Part shown: positions 15,695 to 23,897 of the stretch, piece after piece
How positions within the stretch are numbered: position 1 is the stretch's first letter
How the letters are laid out: every line of letters starts with the position of its first letter
NCBI GenBank assembly: GCA_022646745.1
Contig: CP060262.1
Span: 570,001-602,000 of the forward strand
DNA from: Planctomycetales bacterium
GTDB taxonomy: Bacteria > 4484-113 > JAFGCY01
Direction of reading: 5' to 3'
Length of the DNA: 32,000 bases
Position numbers and translations under genes: made by a program
The notes under the pieces: generated by a model
The model's input: the letters and a program-made list of their open reading frames with translations, nothing else
The model's database searches: none
What the model was told of the DNA's origin: nothing

Positions 15695-17608
15695 TTAGAA
15701 GTCCGGCGAGAAGCTGCCGCTGATGTAGTAGCGGGAGCTGCCCTCCAGCGCCGTCACCAGCAGGGCGTAATCACCCGCCGGCGTGAAGGCACCGGTTGAC
15801 ATTACGCCGTCCATGCCGGTGTTGAGCTGCTTCACGAAGTCCCACTCGGCACCATTCCAGCGCACGAGGTACAGCGAGACCTCCCCGAACAGCTCGTCAA
15901 TGATGTCCAGTTCGAACTCGATCGAGCCGCTGACCTCGGTGCTGAAGCTGTAGTAGTCCTGCATGTCCGGGCCGTTGATGTCGCCGCCGACCTCACCCAG
16001 CAGGTCGCTGAAGGGCAGCGTGGGCAGCCCGTTCATCTCGTCATAGCCGTTGTTCGGCTCAGACTCGATGTAGTCATATGCCGTGTTGCCGGTGACGATC
16101 AGCTCGAACTGCTTCGTGGCGGCAATGCCAGTGTTGTCAACCACCCGCGCCGTGCCCATGAAGTGGCCGGGGCGCTTGGGGGCGTCGAACAGGAAGCTGC
16201 CGCTGCCGCCGCTGTTCACCTCGAAGTGGCCGTCGCCGTTCAGGTCCACGCTCCAGATCGAGATGCTGCCGTCCGGGTCGTAGCTGTTGTCAATGCTGAA
16301 GGCGAGCGCCGCACCGCTGGCGACCTCCATCTGGTAATCCTCGATGATCACCACCGGGGCCTCGCTCAGGCTCATGTCGAGGCTGAGCGTGTAGTCAATG
16401 TCCATGCCGTCGCCACCGAAGGGGCTGTCCACCACGAGGTAGTACTGGCCCGGATCAAGGCTGCCATGCATTTCCTTCAGCAGTCCCTTGATCTCGGTGG
16501 TGCGCACCGGCTCGATGTCGGAACCGTTGTTGAAGGAGCGGTAGAGCATCAGGCGGGCGCCGAAGTCTGACAGCGACAGGCCGAAGTCAATGCTGGCGGA
16601 CTGCTGCAGCTCGAAGCTGAACACGTCGTAGTCATCGCCATGCACGCCGTCGTTGCCCCAGTTGCCCTTGAAGCCGGACATCCAGGAGGCCTGCAGCTGC
16701 TGGGCCTGCTCCACGTCGTCATTGTCCTCCACCTCGTCGTAGCCGGCGACATCCTGCACGATCACCGGCAGGTAGTCATAGGCGATGTTATCGAGGTCGT
16801 CGGTGATGCGCAGGCCGGCCATGTAATAGCCCGGGTTGAGGTAGAACTGCACCAGGTCCGGGTCGGCCCCGTTGTCAATCCAGTTGCCGTCACCGAGCGG
16901 ATCGAACTCGTACTTCATCACGTCGCCACCGTAGGCCACGCTGTCGATGCCGTTGAGCGTGATCGCCGTCGGGGCCAGCCCGATCGCCATGTCGCTCGTG
17001 AGCACCGCGGTCAGCTCCAGCTCGCCGCCGACGCGGATGCTGTTGATCGCGGTGTCATCCTGCCCGTCACCGAGCAGCACCGCCAGCAGCAGGTCGTCGC
17101 TGAAGCGGATGTAGTCCGCCAGCTCGCCGGTCTCGACATCGCCGTTCTCTGGAACACCGAAGAAATCCCAGCGGTCCGACTCCCAGTTGGCAAGCCCGAG
17201 GTACAGCGTGCCGGGGGTCGGCTCGCCAGTGGCGGAAATGTCCACCACCACATGGTCCTCATTCTGGTAGTCCGGCAGCCAGAAGCGGTAACCCGCCCAG
17301 GCCACGCCCTGCACATCGTTGTACTTCGGCTGCATCAGCAGCTGGTCGAGCTTCTCGTGCACGTTCTCGCCGCTGTTGAAGTCCAGCAGGTACTCATTGC
17401 CGTAGCGCCAGCGCTGCTGGCTGACTTCCGAGGCACCCTTGTCCACCGCTGAGGGTGCGGGCAGCGCTGAGGCATACTGCTGCATGGCCGGGCTGCTCAC
17501 CTGGCCCGGCTGGGCATCCATCTCCGTCATCTGCATGCCGCCCCCGCAGGATGCGGCAACCGTCAAGACAAAAATCGCAGCCAGTGCTGCGATACCCTTT
17601 CCAAACAT
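15695..17608 (-). CDS. lipoprotein with shared N-module, two PKD-like units and two pre-peptidase C-terminal (PPC) domains
   Basis: 637 aa from the ATG at 17608 (MFGKGIAALAAIFVLTVAASC). GGAGA lies 7 nt upstream. PPC signatures are EVEDNDDVEQAQ...GDDYDVFSF and IESEPNNGYDEMN...DMQDYYSFS. The longer ORF to 17752 would run through the upstream terminator. Confidence 0.85.
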   Translation of the reverse strand: MFGKGIAALAAIFVLTVAASCGGGMQMTEMDAQPGQVSSPAMQQYASALPAPSAVDKGASEVSQQRWRYGNEYLLDFNSGENVHEKLDQLLMQPKYNDVQGVAWAGYRFWLPDYQNEDHVVVDISATGEPTPGTLYLGLANWESDRWDFFGVPENGDVETGELADYIRFSDDLLLAVLLGDGQDDTAINSIRVGGELELTAVLTSDMAIGLAPTAITLNGIDSVAYGGDVMKYEFDPLGDGNWIDNGADPDLVQFYLNPGYYMAGLRITDDLDNIAYDYLPVIVQDVAGYDEVEDNDDVEQAQQLQASWMSGFKGNWGNDGVHGDDYDVFSFELQQSASIDFGLSLSDFGARLMLYRSFNNGSDIEPVRTTEIKGLLKEMHGSLDPGQYYLVVDSPFGGDGMDIDYTLSLDMSLSEAPVVIIEDYQMEVASGAALAFSIDNSYDPDGSISIWSVDLNGDGHFEVNSGGSGSFLFDAPKRPGHFMGTARVVDNTGIAATKQFELIVTGNTAYDYIESEPNNGYDEMNGLPTLPFSDLLGEVGGDINGPDMQDYYSFSTEVSGSIEFELDIIDELFGEVSLYLVRWNGAEWDFVKQLNTGMDGVMSTGAFTPAGDYALLVTALEGSSRYYISGSFSPDF

Positions 17609-17718
17609 TACAAGGTCTCCAATGGGTCCGTTACGGACGTGGATTGGGGTCCATCTGCCTGAACCATATCTGTTACCCGCAGGCGGGCATTCCAAACCGC
17701 ATTTCCGGAAAATGGTCC

Positions 17719-17748
17719 AAAAAAAAGGGCCGGGATCAACCCGGCCCT
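17719..17748 (-). terminator. rho-independent terminator of the PKD-repeat gene
   Basis: The minus strand reads AGGGCCGGG-TTGAT-CCCGGCCCT followed by a run of T residues, and starts 23 nt after the stop at 17771. Confidence 0.88.
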
Positions 17749-17770
17749 CCATTTTCGCTGCTGCTCCAGC

Positions 17771-20500
17771 CTATGCCGGCGGCTGCTCGACGAAGAAGCT
17801 GTCGAAGCCATAGCCGTCCAGGCCGTCATTGTCGAACACCCGCAGGTGGATGTTGTACAGCACCGAGCCTCCTTCCGAGGAGAACTCAATGTCGGTCAGG
17901 GTCGCCGGCCCGTCGATGATCTCGTATACGAAATCCCCGTCCAGGTCCCAGTCGTACTGCACGATCGTGCCGTCATTGTCGAAGCTCGTGCTGCCGTCCA
18001 GCGTAATGAAGCGTGAGCTTCCGTAGTAGACGTCAGTCCCTTCAAAGTTGTCGTCTGCCGCCGGCGTACGGACGATCACACCCTCCGGCCACCAGGGCAC
18101 CGTCCAGGTGTAGGAAGTCTCATCACTCAGGCCGTCGTTGTCGAACACGCGCAGGGTGACCGTCTTGGTGTCGCCCGGCTCACCGAAGAACTGGAAGTCC
18201 TCGTAGTACGGGCCCATGTCCACCTGGTCCTCCGGATCGTCGTAGTCACCGTCGTTGTTGTAGTCAAAGTCGTAGCGCACGATGGTGCCGTTGCCATCCC
18301 ATGAACCCTCACCATCCCAGCGGATGCCCTCTGTCTGCCAGACATAGGCAGTCAGCACCGCGGTCGGCGGGGTGAGGATCACGGACTGGGAACTGGCAAA
18401 GCCCGTCGCACCGTCATTGTCAACAACCTCCAGGTAGAAGTTGTAGGTGCCGTCATCCGTCAGCTGCACCGTCTGGGTCGGCCCGCCGTCGATCACCTCA
18501 TAGGTGAAGTCGCCGTCAAGGTCCCAGTTGTACTGCACGATCGTGCCGTCGCTGTCGGTGGAGCCCGTGGCGTCGAGCTGGATGTCCAGCGTGCCGGACA
18601 TCGGGATCGCGCCGCTCGGGGTGTCATTCGCGATGTCACCGGCCGGCGGCTCGTTCACGTCATAGTTCAGGGTGGCAGTGTCCTGCGCACCGTCATCATC
18701 CGTCACGCGCACGCTGACCGGGTAGATCCCACCGCTGTTGTAGAACTGCTGCTGGCTGGCCGCACCGCCGATGATCTCGAAGGTGCCGTCGTCATCCATG
18801 TCCCAGTCGTAGCTCACGATCGTGCCGTCACTGTCGGTGCTGCCGGAGGCGTCGAAGGTCACCTCAAATTCCGGCGCACTGCCGGTACCGCTGGCCGGGT
18901 CGGCCGTGATGTCCGCCACCGGCGGGTTGTTGATGTCAAGGCTGACGGTCGCCGTATCCTGCAGGCCGTCGTTGTCAGTCACGCGCACCGCGGCCGTGAT
19001 CGCGCCTCCGGCGCTGTAGCTGTGGTTCACGCTCGCGCCACCGTCGAGGGTCTCGAAGGTGCCGTCGTTGTCAAAGTCCCAGTCGTAGCTCACGATCGTG
19101 CCGTCACTGTCAGTCGAACCGCTGGCATCGAGGGCCACATCCAGCGGTGCATCACCGCTGTCCGGAGTCGCGCTCAGTGCGGCGACCGGCGGGTCAAGCA
19201 CGGTCACGGTCGCGCTGGCGGTTGAGCTGTCGCCATCGTCATCGGTGGCACGCACGGTGACGGTGTGGTCACCCAGGGCGGTGAACTGCGCATTTTGCGT
19301 GTCGCCACCGTCCAGCACCTCGAAGGTGCCGTCGTTGTCCATGTCCCAGTCGAAGGCCACGATCGTGCCATCGGTGTCAGTTGAGTCACCGGCGTCAAAC
19401 AGCACATCCAGCGGGGAGACACCGCTGTCCGGAGTGGCATTCAGCGCCGCGACCGGCGGGTCATTGGTGGGCAGCACGACGATCGCGTTGACAGTCACCG
19501 TGGCGGTTGCAGTGTCCTCGTTGCCCTTGTCATCACTGACGCGCACGGTGATGGTGTAGATGCTCTCACCGTTCTCACCGACGCTCGGGGCACTGGTGCC
19601 CTTGAATGACGCGGACTGTGAGAGGTTGTTGTACTGCGCTGTCTGGGTCGGCCCGCCGTCCAGCACCTCGAAGGTGCCGTCGTCATCGAGGTCCCAGTCG
19701 TAGGTCGTGATCACGCTGTTCACGCTACTGCTGCCGCTGGCGTCGAAGTCCACCTCAAGCGGGGCATCGCCACTGGTCGGCTCAGCCGCCAGTGCTGCCG
19801 TGACGCTGGATGCCGGCTCGACCAGGTTGACGGTGAAGGTATCGCTGTCACTCAGGCCGTTGTCATCCGTCACGCGCAGGGTGACGGTCTTCGTGCCGAA
19901 GCTGGAATACTCGTGGGAGGGGGTGGCTCCGCCGTCCAGCAGGTCGAAGGTGCCATCGTTGTCGAAGTCCCAGTCGTAGCTGACGATCTCGCCATCCAGG
20001 TCAGTGCTGGCCGTGCCGTCAAAGTTGACCAGCAGCGGGTTGCCATCGTCCTGGGCACCACTGCCAGCCGCGGTGGGCGGCATCTGCGGGTCGCCGACGG
20101 TGATCACCGCGAAGTCGGTGTCCGTCGCGCCACCATCATCCGTCACGCGCAGCACCACGTTGAAGGTGCCGGCTTCCTCATACGTATGGTTGACGGAGGG
20201 CGCGCTGCCGTTGCGGTCGAAGGTGCCGTCGCCATCGAAGTCCCAGGCGTAATCAACGATCATGCCGTCAGGGTCCGTGCTGCCGCTGCCGTCCAGGTTG
20301 ACGGTGAAGGGCACTTCGCCACTGAGTTGCACCTGGGCTGCTGCCCGAGCGGCCAGTACGGCATTCGGCGACTGGTTGCCGCCTCCAGCGCTCAGGCTGT
20401 CCTCAACATCCCCTGATGAGAAGCAGCAACTTCCCAGCAGCAGGAGTGCCAGCAGGATCATCATCCTGTAAGGCTTTCCGTAGAGCTCTTGTTTCCGCAT
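17771..20500 (-). CDS. lipoprotein composed of nine tandem PKD domains
   Basis: 909 aa from the ATG at 20500 (MRKQELYGKPYRMMILLALLLLGSC, lipobox LLGSC). GAGGGA precedes that ATG. Nine copies of the motif S-T-D-x-D-G-x-I-V-x-Y-x-W-D-F/L/M-D-x-D-G-T-F. Confidence 0.9.
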   Translation of the reverse strand: MRKQELYGKPYRMMILLALLLLGSCCFSSGDVEDSLSAGGGNQSPNAVLAARAAAQVQLSGEVPFTVNLDGSGSTDPDGMIVDYAWDFDGDGTFDRNGSAPSVNHTYEEAGTFNVVLRVTDDGGATDTDFAVITVGDPQMPPTAAGSGAQDDGNPLLVNFDGTASTDLDGEIVSYDWDFDNDGTFDLLDGGATPSHEYSSFGTKTVTLRVTDDNGLSDSDTFTVNLVEPASSVTAALAAEPTSGDAPLEVDFDASGSSSVNSVITTYDWDLDDDGTFEVLDGGPTQTAQYNNLSQSASFKGTSAPSVGENGESIYTITVRVSDDKGNEDTATATVTVNAIVVLPTNDPPVAALNATPDSGVSPLDVLFDAGDSTDTDGTIVAFDWDMDNDGTFEVLDGGDTQNAQFTALGDHTVTVRATDDDGDSSTASATVTVLDPPVAALSATPDSGDAPLDVALDASGSTDSDGTIVSYDWDFDNDGTFETLDGGASVNHSYSAGGAITAAVRVTDNDGLQDTATVSLDINNPPVADITADPASGTGSAPEFEVTFDASGSTDSDGTIVSYDWDMDDDGTFEIIGGAASQQQFYNSGGIYPVSVRVTDDDGAQDTATLNYDVNEPPAGDIANDTPSGAIPMSGTLDIQLDATGSTDSDGTIVQYNWDLDGDFTYEVIDGGPTQTVQLTDDGTYNFYLEVVDNDGATGFASSQSVILTPPTAVLTAYVWQTEGIRWDGEGSWDGNGTIVRYDFDYNNDGDYDDPEDQVDMGPYYEDFQFFGEPGDTKTVTLRVFDNDGLSDETSYTWTVPWWPEGVIVRTPAADDNFEGTDVYYGSSRFITLDGSTSFDNDGTIVQYDWDLDGDFVYEIIDGPATLTDIEFSSEGGSVLYNIHLRVFDNDGLDGYGFDSFFVEQPPA
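18800..19111. repeat. 36-nt perfect direct repeat inside the PKD gene, 276 nt apart (one PKD unit)
   Basis: gtcccagtcgtagctcacgatcgtgccgtcactgtc occurs at 18800-18835 and 19076-19111. Similar but diverged copies lie near 17945 and 18521. Confidence 0.85.
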
Positions 20501-20562
20501 GTTTCCCTCTAACCGGCCCATCCAGGGCGGACCGTGCGTTCATTAAATTACCGTTAAGCGAG

Positions 20563-20570
20563 ATTATACA
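20563..20570 (-). promoter_or_regulatory. -10 element TGTATAAT for the PKD-repeat gene
   Basis: The minus strand reads TG-TATAAT, 62 nt upstream of the ATG at 20500. No good -35 is seen. Confidence 0.4.
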
Positions 20571-20580
20571 GACCGGCACG

Positions 20581-20595
20581 TGGACTGGCAGTCCA
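20581..20595. promoter_or_regulatory. 15-bp palindrome TGGACTG-G-CAGTCCA, possible regulator binding site
   Basis: Perfect 7-bp arms. It lies where the -35 of the PKD-gene promoter should be, in the divergent region shared with the nfo-like gene. Confidence 0.3.
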
Positions 20596-20634
20596 ATTCG
20601 CACACTCTGGTACTCAATGTCCCCGGCTTTCGCC

Positions 20635-20643
20635 TGCGATAAT
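20635..20643 (+). promoter_or_regulatory. extended -10 TGC-GATAAT, 6 nt upstream of ATG 20650 (leaderless-type)
   Basis: Reads TGCGATAAT-GGCCGG-ATG with no SD. Confidence 0.45.
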
Positions 20644-20649
20644 GGCCGG

Positions 20650-21507
20650 ATGAACTATCCGCAGGAGTTTGCGAAGCTCTACATCGGCCCCAGTGGCCGT
20701 CCGGTGGATTGTCCGCCGGTGAAACGCACGACCGGAGCGATAGAAAGCTGCATTGAGCATGGCTGGTCCACAATGGAGATCAGCTTCACGAACAACGTAT
20801 ATATAAAGGAGCGGGAGGCCCAGGAAGTGGCTGCCCTGCGTGAGGAAAAGGGATTTCCGCTCTCCTGCCACGGCTCGTACTTCATTAACCTTGCAAGTGA
20901 GGAGCCGGCGAAGATCGTCCAGAGCAAGGCCCGCATCATCCAGGGGGCAAGGCGCATCCAGCAGTGCGGCGGGCACAGCATCGTGTTCCACTCAGCCTTC
21001 TATGGCAGCATGGACCACGCCGATGTGACAAGGCAGGTTGTCGCGGAACTGAACGAAGTGCAGGGCCAGATGCAGGAGATGGGGGTTGAGGTCTGGCTGC
21101 GTCCGGAACTGACGGGCAAGCCGACCCAGCATGGCACGCCGCAGGAACTGGTGGAGGTCTGCAATGGTGTGGAGATGGCCCTGCCCTGCATCGACTGGTC
21201 GCACATGCACGCGCGCAACAATGGCGGCTGGAACAGTTACGACGAATGGTGCCAGCTGCTGGAACTGCTTGGGAAGGGGATCAAGAAGAACGTGCTGCAG
21301 CGCATGCACATGCATGTCAGCGGTATTGAATATGGTGAATCCGGTGAGAAGAAACACATCCCCCTGCCCCAGAGCGACCTGAACTACCGTGAGCTGATGA
21401 AGGCGCTGAAGGCCTTCGACGTACGCGGCACCCTGATCGTGGAAGCGCCTGATGAGAACCAGGCAGGTGATGTCGACCTGTTCATCGAGGCCTGGGAATG
21501 CGCCTGA
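20650..21507 (+). CDS. nfo: endonuclease IV-like TIM-barrel protein (AP endonuclease family 2 / xylose-isomerase-like fold)
   Basis: 285 aa. Metal-ligand-like pattern HGSYFINL, HSAFYG, RPELTG, DWSHMHA, HMHVSG and LIVEAP. The start was chosen by the -10 geometry, and ATG 20617 is the alternative. Confidence 0.72.
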   Translation: MNYPQEFAKLYIGPSGRPVDCPPVKRTTGAIESCIEHGWSTMEISFTNNVYIKEREAQEVAALREEKGFPLSCHGSYFINLASEEPAKIVQSKARIIQGARRIQQCGGHSIVFHSAFYGSMDHADVTRQVVAELNEVQGQMQEMGVEVWLRPELTGKPTQHGTPQELVEVCNGVEMALPCIDWSHMHARNNGGWNSYDEWCQLLELLGKGIKKNVLQRMHMHVSGIEYGESGEKKHIPLPQSDLNYRELMKALKAFDVRGTLIVEAPDENQAGDVDLFIEAWECA

Positions 21508-21514
21508 CAAATCA

Positions 21515-22282
21515 ATGATGTCCCCGGAGACACGCCGCTTCTACACCGCCTACCGGCTGCAGACCAGCGTCATCCCGGTCTACCTCCTGACGGCGCTGTT
21601 CTTCATGCTGGGCTGGTACTTCAATCCCTTCATCCCGGGCCGGGCTGGCACCTTCCTCATCGACGGCGTGGTGCTGTTCGTAGGCATTTCCCGCCTTGCT
21701 TCACTGGCGGGCTTCCTGCTCAGCCAGGTGCCCAGGAGCATTGTGGAACCGGACCTGCAACAGGCACAGAAGCTGGCAGCTGCCCTTGAACCGTTTGACG
21801 AAGGTGCGATTGTCTCACTTGTGGAAATCGGCAAGGTGCCATTCCTGGCAGCAGGTGGACTGACCCCAACCATCTGGATTTCCAGCCATAGCCTCGCGCG
21901 GCTTGGGGCGGAAGATTTGAGCTGCCTCATGCGTCATGAAGGCGAGCATCTCAGGAAGGGCTGCAGCTTAGCCTGGTGGGACTTCCTCTGGCTGCTGGCC
22001 TGGCCACTGGCCTGGCTGTTTTCATCACATGCGCCAATGTATGCTGCCAGTGCCGTAATGTTCGCCTGGGCCTGGCTGCGCCTGCAGGGCTGGCTGCGCT
22101 GGCGTGACGAATTGCGGGCGGACAGGGCGGCTGCCGACGCCTGCGGGCGAGACAACTACGCGCGCGCAATGGTGAGGCATCTTGCGGAATTCGAGACTGT
22201 CCCGTCCTCTCCCCTGCGCCGTTCCCGGCTTGCCGCCCTTGGCCTGTCCCCTGCTGAGATTGACGGCGTGCTGCAGGACTGA
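21515..22282 (+). CDS. membrane zinc metallopeptidase-like protein (HExxH; M48/M56-like)
   Basis: 255 aa. HEGEH motif flanked by TM segments (2 N-terminal, 2 following). It starts 7 nt after the nfo-like stop. Confidence 0.65.
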   Translation: MMSPETRRFYTAYRLQTSVIPVYLLTALFFMLGWYFNPFIPGRAGTFLIDGVVLFVGISRLASLAGFLLSQVPRSIVEPDLQQAQKLAAALEPFDEGAIVSLVEIGKVPFLAAGGLTPTIWISSHSLARLGAEDLSCLMRHEGEHLRKGCSLAWWDFLWLLAWPLAWLFSSHAPMYAASAVMFAWAWLRLQGWLRWRDELRADRAAADACGRDNYARAMVRHLAEFETVPSSPLRRSRLAALGLSPAEIDGVLQD

Positions 22283-22319
22283 TTGTCCCAGCCCTGCAGC
22301 AGCCGGTTTCCTATGCTAG

Positions 22320-22622
22320 TTAGACCGCGGTAAGCATTTCGCGACCCGTCTCCAGCTCGCTGGCAACAAGCTCGCTGATGCCCTCGATCAGCTCCTGCGG
22401 ATCGATGCCATGCTGCTGTGCCGTCTGGATCAGGTACTGCTCGCGGTTCAGGCGCACTGAACCCCCGCCCAGCAGCAGTCCATCACCGCGGTAACTCGTC
22501 GGCTTGGCATTGCGCGCCTGGGGCAGGGTATAGACATAATTGAAGGGCCTGACTGTCCCCGCATTCCCTTCAATTTCGACAGACTCAATCTTCCATCCCA
22601 TTTCATTACTCTCCATAGTCAC
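22320..22622 (-). CDS. hypothetical small protein
   Basis: 100-aa ORF from GTG 22622. An internal ATG at 22601 has GGAGAG 7 nt upstream and may be the true start (93 aa). No family recognised. Confidence 0.55.
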   Translation of the reverse strand: MTMESNEMGWKIESVEIEGNAGTVRPFNYVYTLPQARNAKPTSYRGDGLLLGGGSVRLNREQYLIQTAQQHGIDPQELIEGISELVASELETGREMLTAV

Positions 22623-22912
22623 AGGGAAAATCCCAATATCAAATTATCCGAACCGGCTCTCACCGGCTTTCAGCCTGACTATCGCGTCACCAATATAGAC
22701 TGACCTGACTGCCAAACTGTTTCACTTCGCTGCAGGTAATTCCGGGAATTCCGGGTGTTTTTTCGTTTTCCCGGCTGCCTGGAATGTTCCAATCGGAATC
22801 AACAACATCCATTCGTCACAGTGTTGCCAACTTTCGCTGACAACATCGTTTCGTGCATGCGAAATGTTAAGCCGCCAATGTGGGCAAACCCGGCGTTTGG
22901 GGTGAATGCCAC

Positions 22913-22939
22913 GAATCTGCGGATTATTCTCCGCGATTC
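22913..22939 (-). terminator. bulged hairpin about 37 nt downstream of the lipoprotein gene stop
   Basis: GAATC(T)GCGGA-TTATTC-TCCGCGATTC, 10 bp with one bulge. There is no U-tract, so terminator function is doubtful. Confidence 0.25.
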
Positions 22940-22975
22940 ACCTTACTGGCAGATCAAGGGGAAATTGAATCGGGG

Positions 22976-23842
22976 TCAGATCGAGTTTGCCTCGTACTGG
23001 ATGTCCGTCAGGCCATCCAGCCCGCGGGCGGCTGCGCTGAGCGAATAGCCGTTGCCCTCGAAGCTGCGGATGCTGAAACCGTTGCGGGTCTGGGACTGCT
23101 TGAGGGTCCAGCCATGCTTGGGCAGCTCGGCCTCCAGCCAGGCGATTACCGCATCTTCGTCCGCATTGCTCTGTGCGCTGAGCATCAGGCGTCCGCCCTG
23201 CTTGAGGGGGACGTACAGCTCGCGCAGCACGCAGTCAGGGTAGACGGGCAGGATGTCAGCCGGCCAGCTGGCGGGCTGCTCGAATTCACCACTGTAGTGC
23301 GTGGCCTCGGAGAATGTCTGGGATTCGGCCAGCGGGCTGATGCTCAGTGTTCCGAAGCACTTGCCGTCAGCCTCGGTCACCGTGCTGGTGTACTGGCGGT
23401 CGCTGCTTGTGTATGTGCGCGTCTGGCTGTAGCGGTCGACTGATTCCTCACGCAGGCTGAAACCGGCGGCAGAGGCATCGGCGGCCAGGCCGGCTGTCAC
23501 ATCAGCGAGACCTGCCGCCACACTGAACTCAGCGAGGTCAGTGCCATTGCGGCTGGCAGCCTGGGTGATCTCGGCGCCCTCTGGCAGGCTGATCTCAGCC
23601 GGCCAGCTGGCGGGCAGCTGCGTTGTCGAGCCACGCTCCTCCATCTGCTTGGAGTCCACCTTGAACTGGTCGGCACTCGGCTTGGCCTGCTGCTGCTCCG
23701 GGACATCCACCGGCTGCGCCTGGGCATTTCCCTGGTTACCGGATGCGTCCGCGCTCCCGCCGGACTCACCGGCAGGCTTGTTGCAGGAAGCCAGCGCAAT
23801 CAGCGCCAGCAGAACGAGGATCGATGTGAAGAACTTGGTCAT
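22976..23842 (-). CDS. lipoprotein with an internal two-module duplication
   Basis: 288 aa with signal MTKFFTSILVLLALIALASC (lipobox LASC). Each module starts with PASWPAEISLP or PASWPADILPV. Confidence 0.8.
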   Translation of the reverse strand: MTKFFTSILVLLALIALASCNKPAGESGGSADASGNQGNAQAQPVDVPEQQQAKPSADQFKVDSKQMEERGSTTQLPASWPAEISLPEGAEITQAASRNGTDLAEFSVAAGLADVTAGLAADASAAGFSLREESVDRYSQTRTYTSSDRQYTSTVTEADGKCFGTLSISPLAESQTFSEATHYSGEFEQPASWPADILPVYPDCVLRELYVPLKQGGRLMLSAQSNADEDAVIAWLEAELPKHGWTLKQSQTRNGFSIRSFEGNGYSLSAAARGLDGLTDIQYEANSI

Positions 23843-23852
23843 GGCTGCGCAG

Positions 23853-23858
23853 ATTATA
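23853..23858 (-). promoter_or_regulatory. -10 hexamer TATAAT, 10 nt upstream of ATG 23842 (near-leaderless)
   Basis: The minus strand reads TATAAT-CTGCGCAGCC-ATG with no SD. Confidence 0.45.
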
Positions 23859-23897
23859 GACGCAAAGGCGCCGGATCTGTTTGGTGGCGGCTGCGGA

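Noticed and set aside
17609-17752. Upstream extensions of several ORFs: the 685-aa ORF (17609-17752), the 805-aa ORF (12191-12241), the 916-aa ORF (20501-20521) and the 434-aa ORF (31063-31143).
   Set aside because: The extensions cross a rho-independent terminator, overlap the preceding gene, or lack an RBS. The internal starts have an SD or -10 geometry and begin a proper signal peptide.
17771-20500. The periodic repeat of about 275-285 nt could be mistaken for a CRISPR-like or satellite array.
   Set aside because: The period equals one PKD domain. The repeats lie in frame inside one continuous ORF and have no spacer/repeat structure.
22270-22300. Inverted repeat GCTGCAGG-N15-CCTGCAGC at the end of the HExxH peptidase gene, considered as a terminator.
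   Set aside because: The 8-bp stem has a 15-nt loop and only a TTT tract, and the first arm is inside the coding sequence. That is too weak to call.
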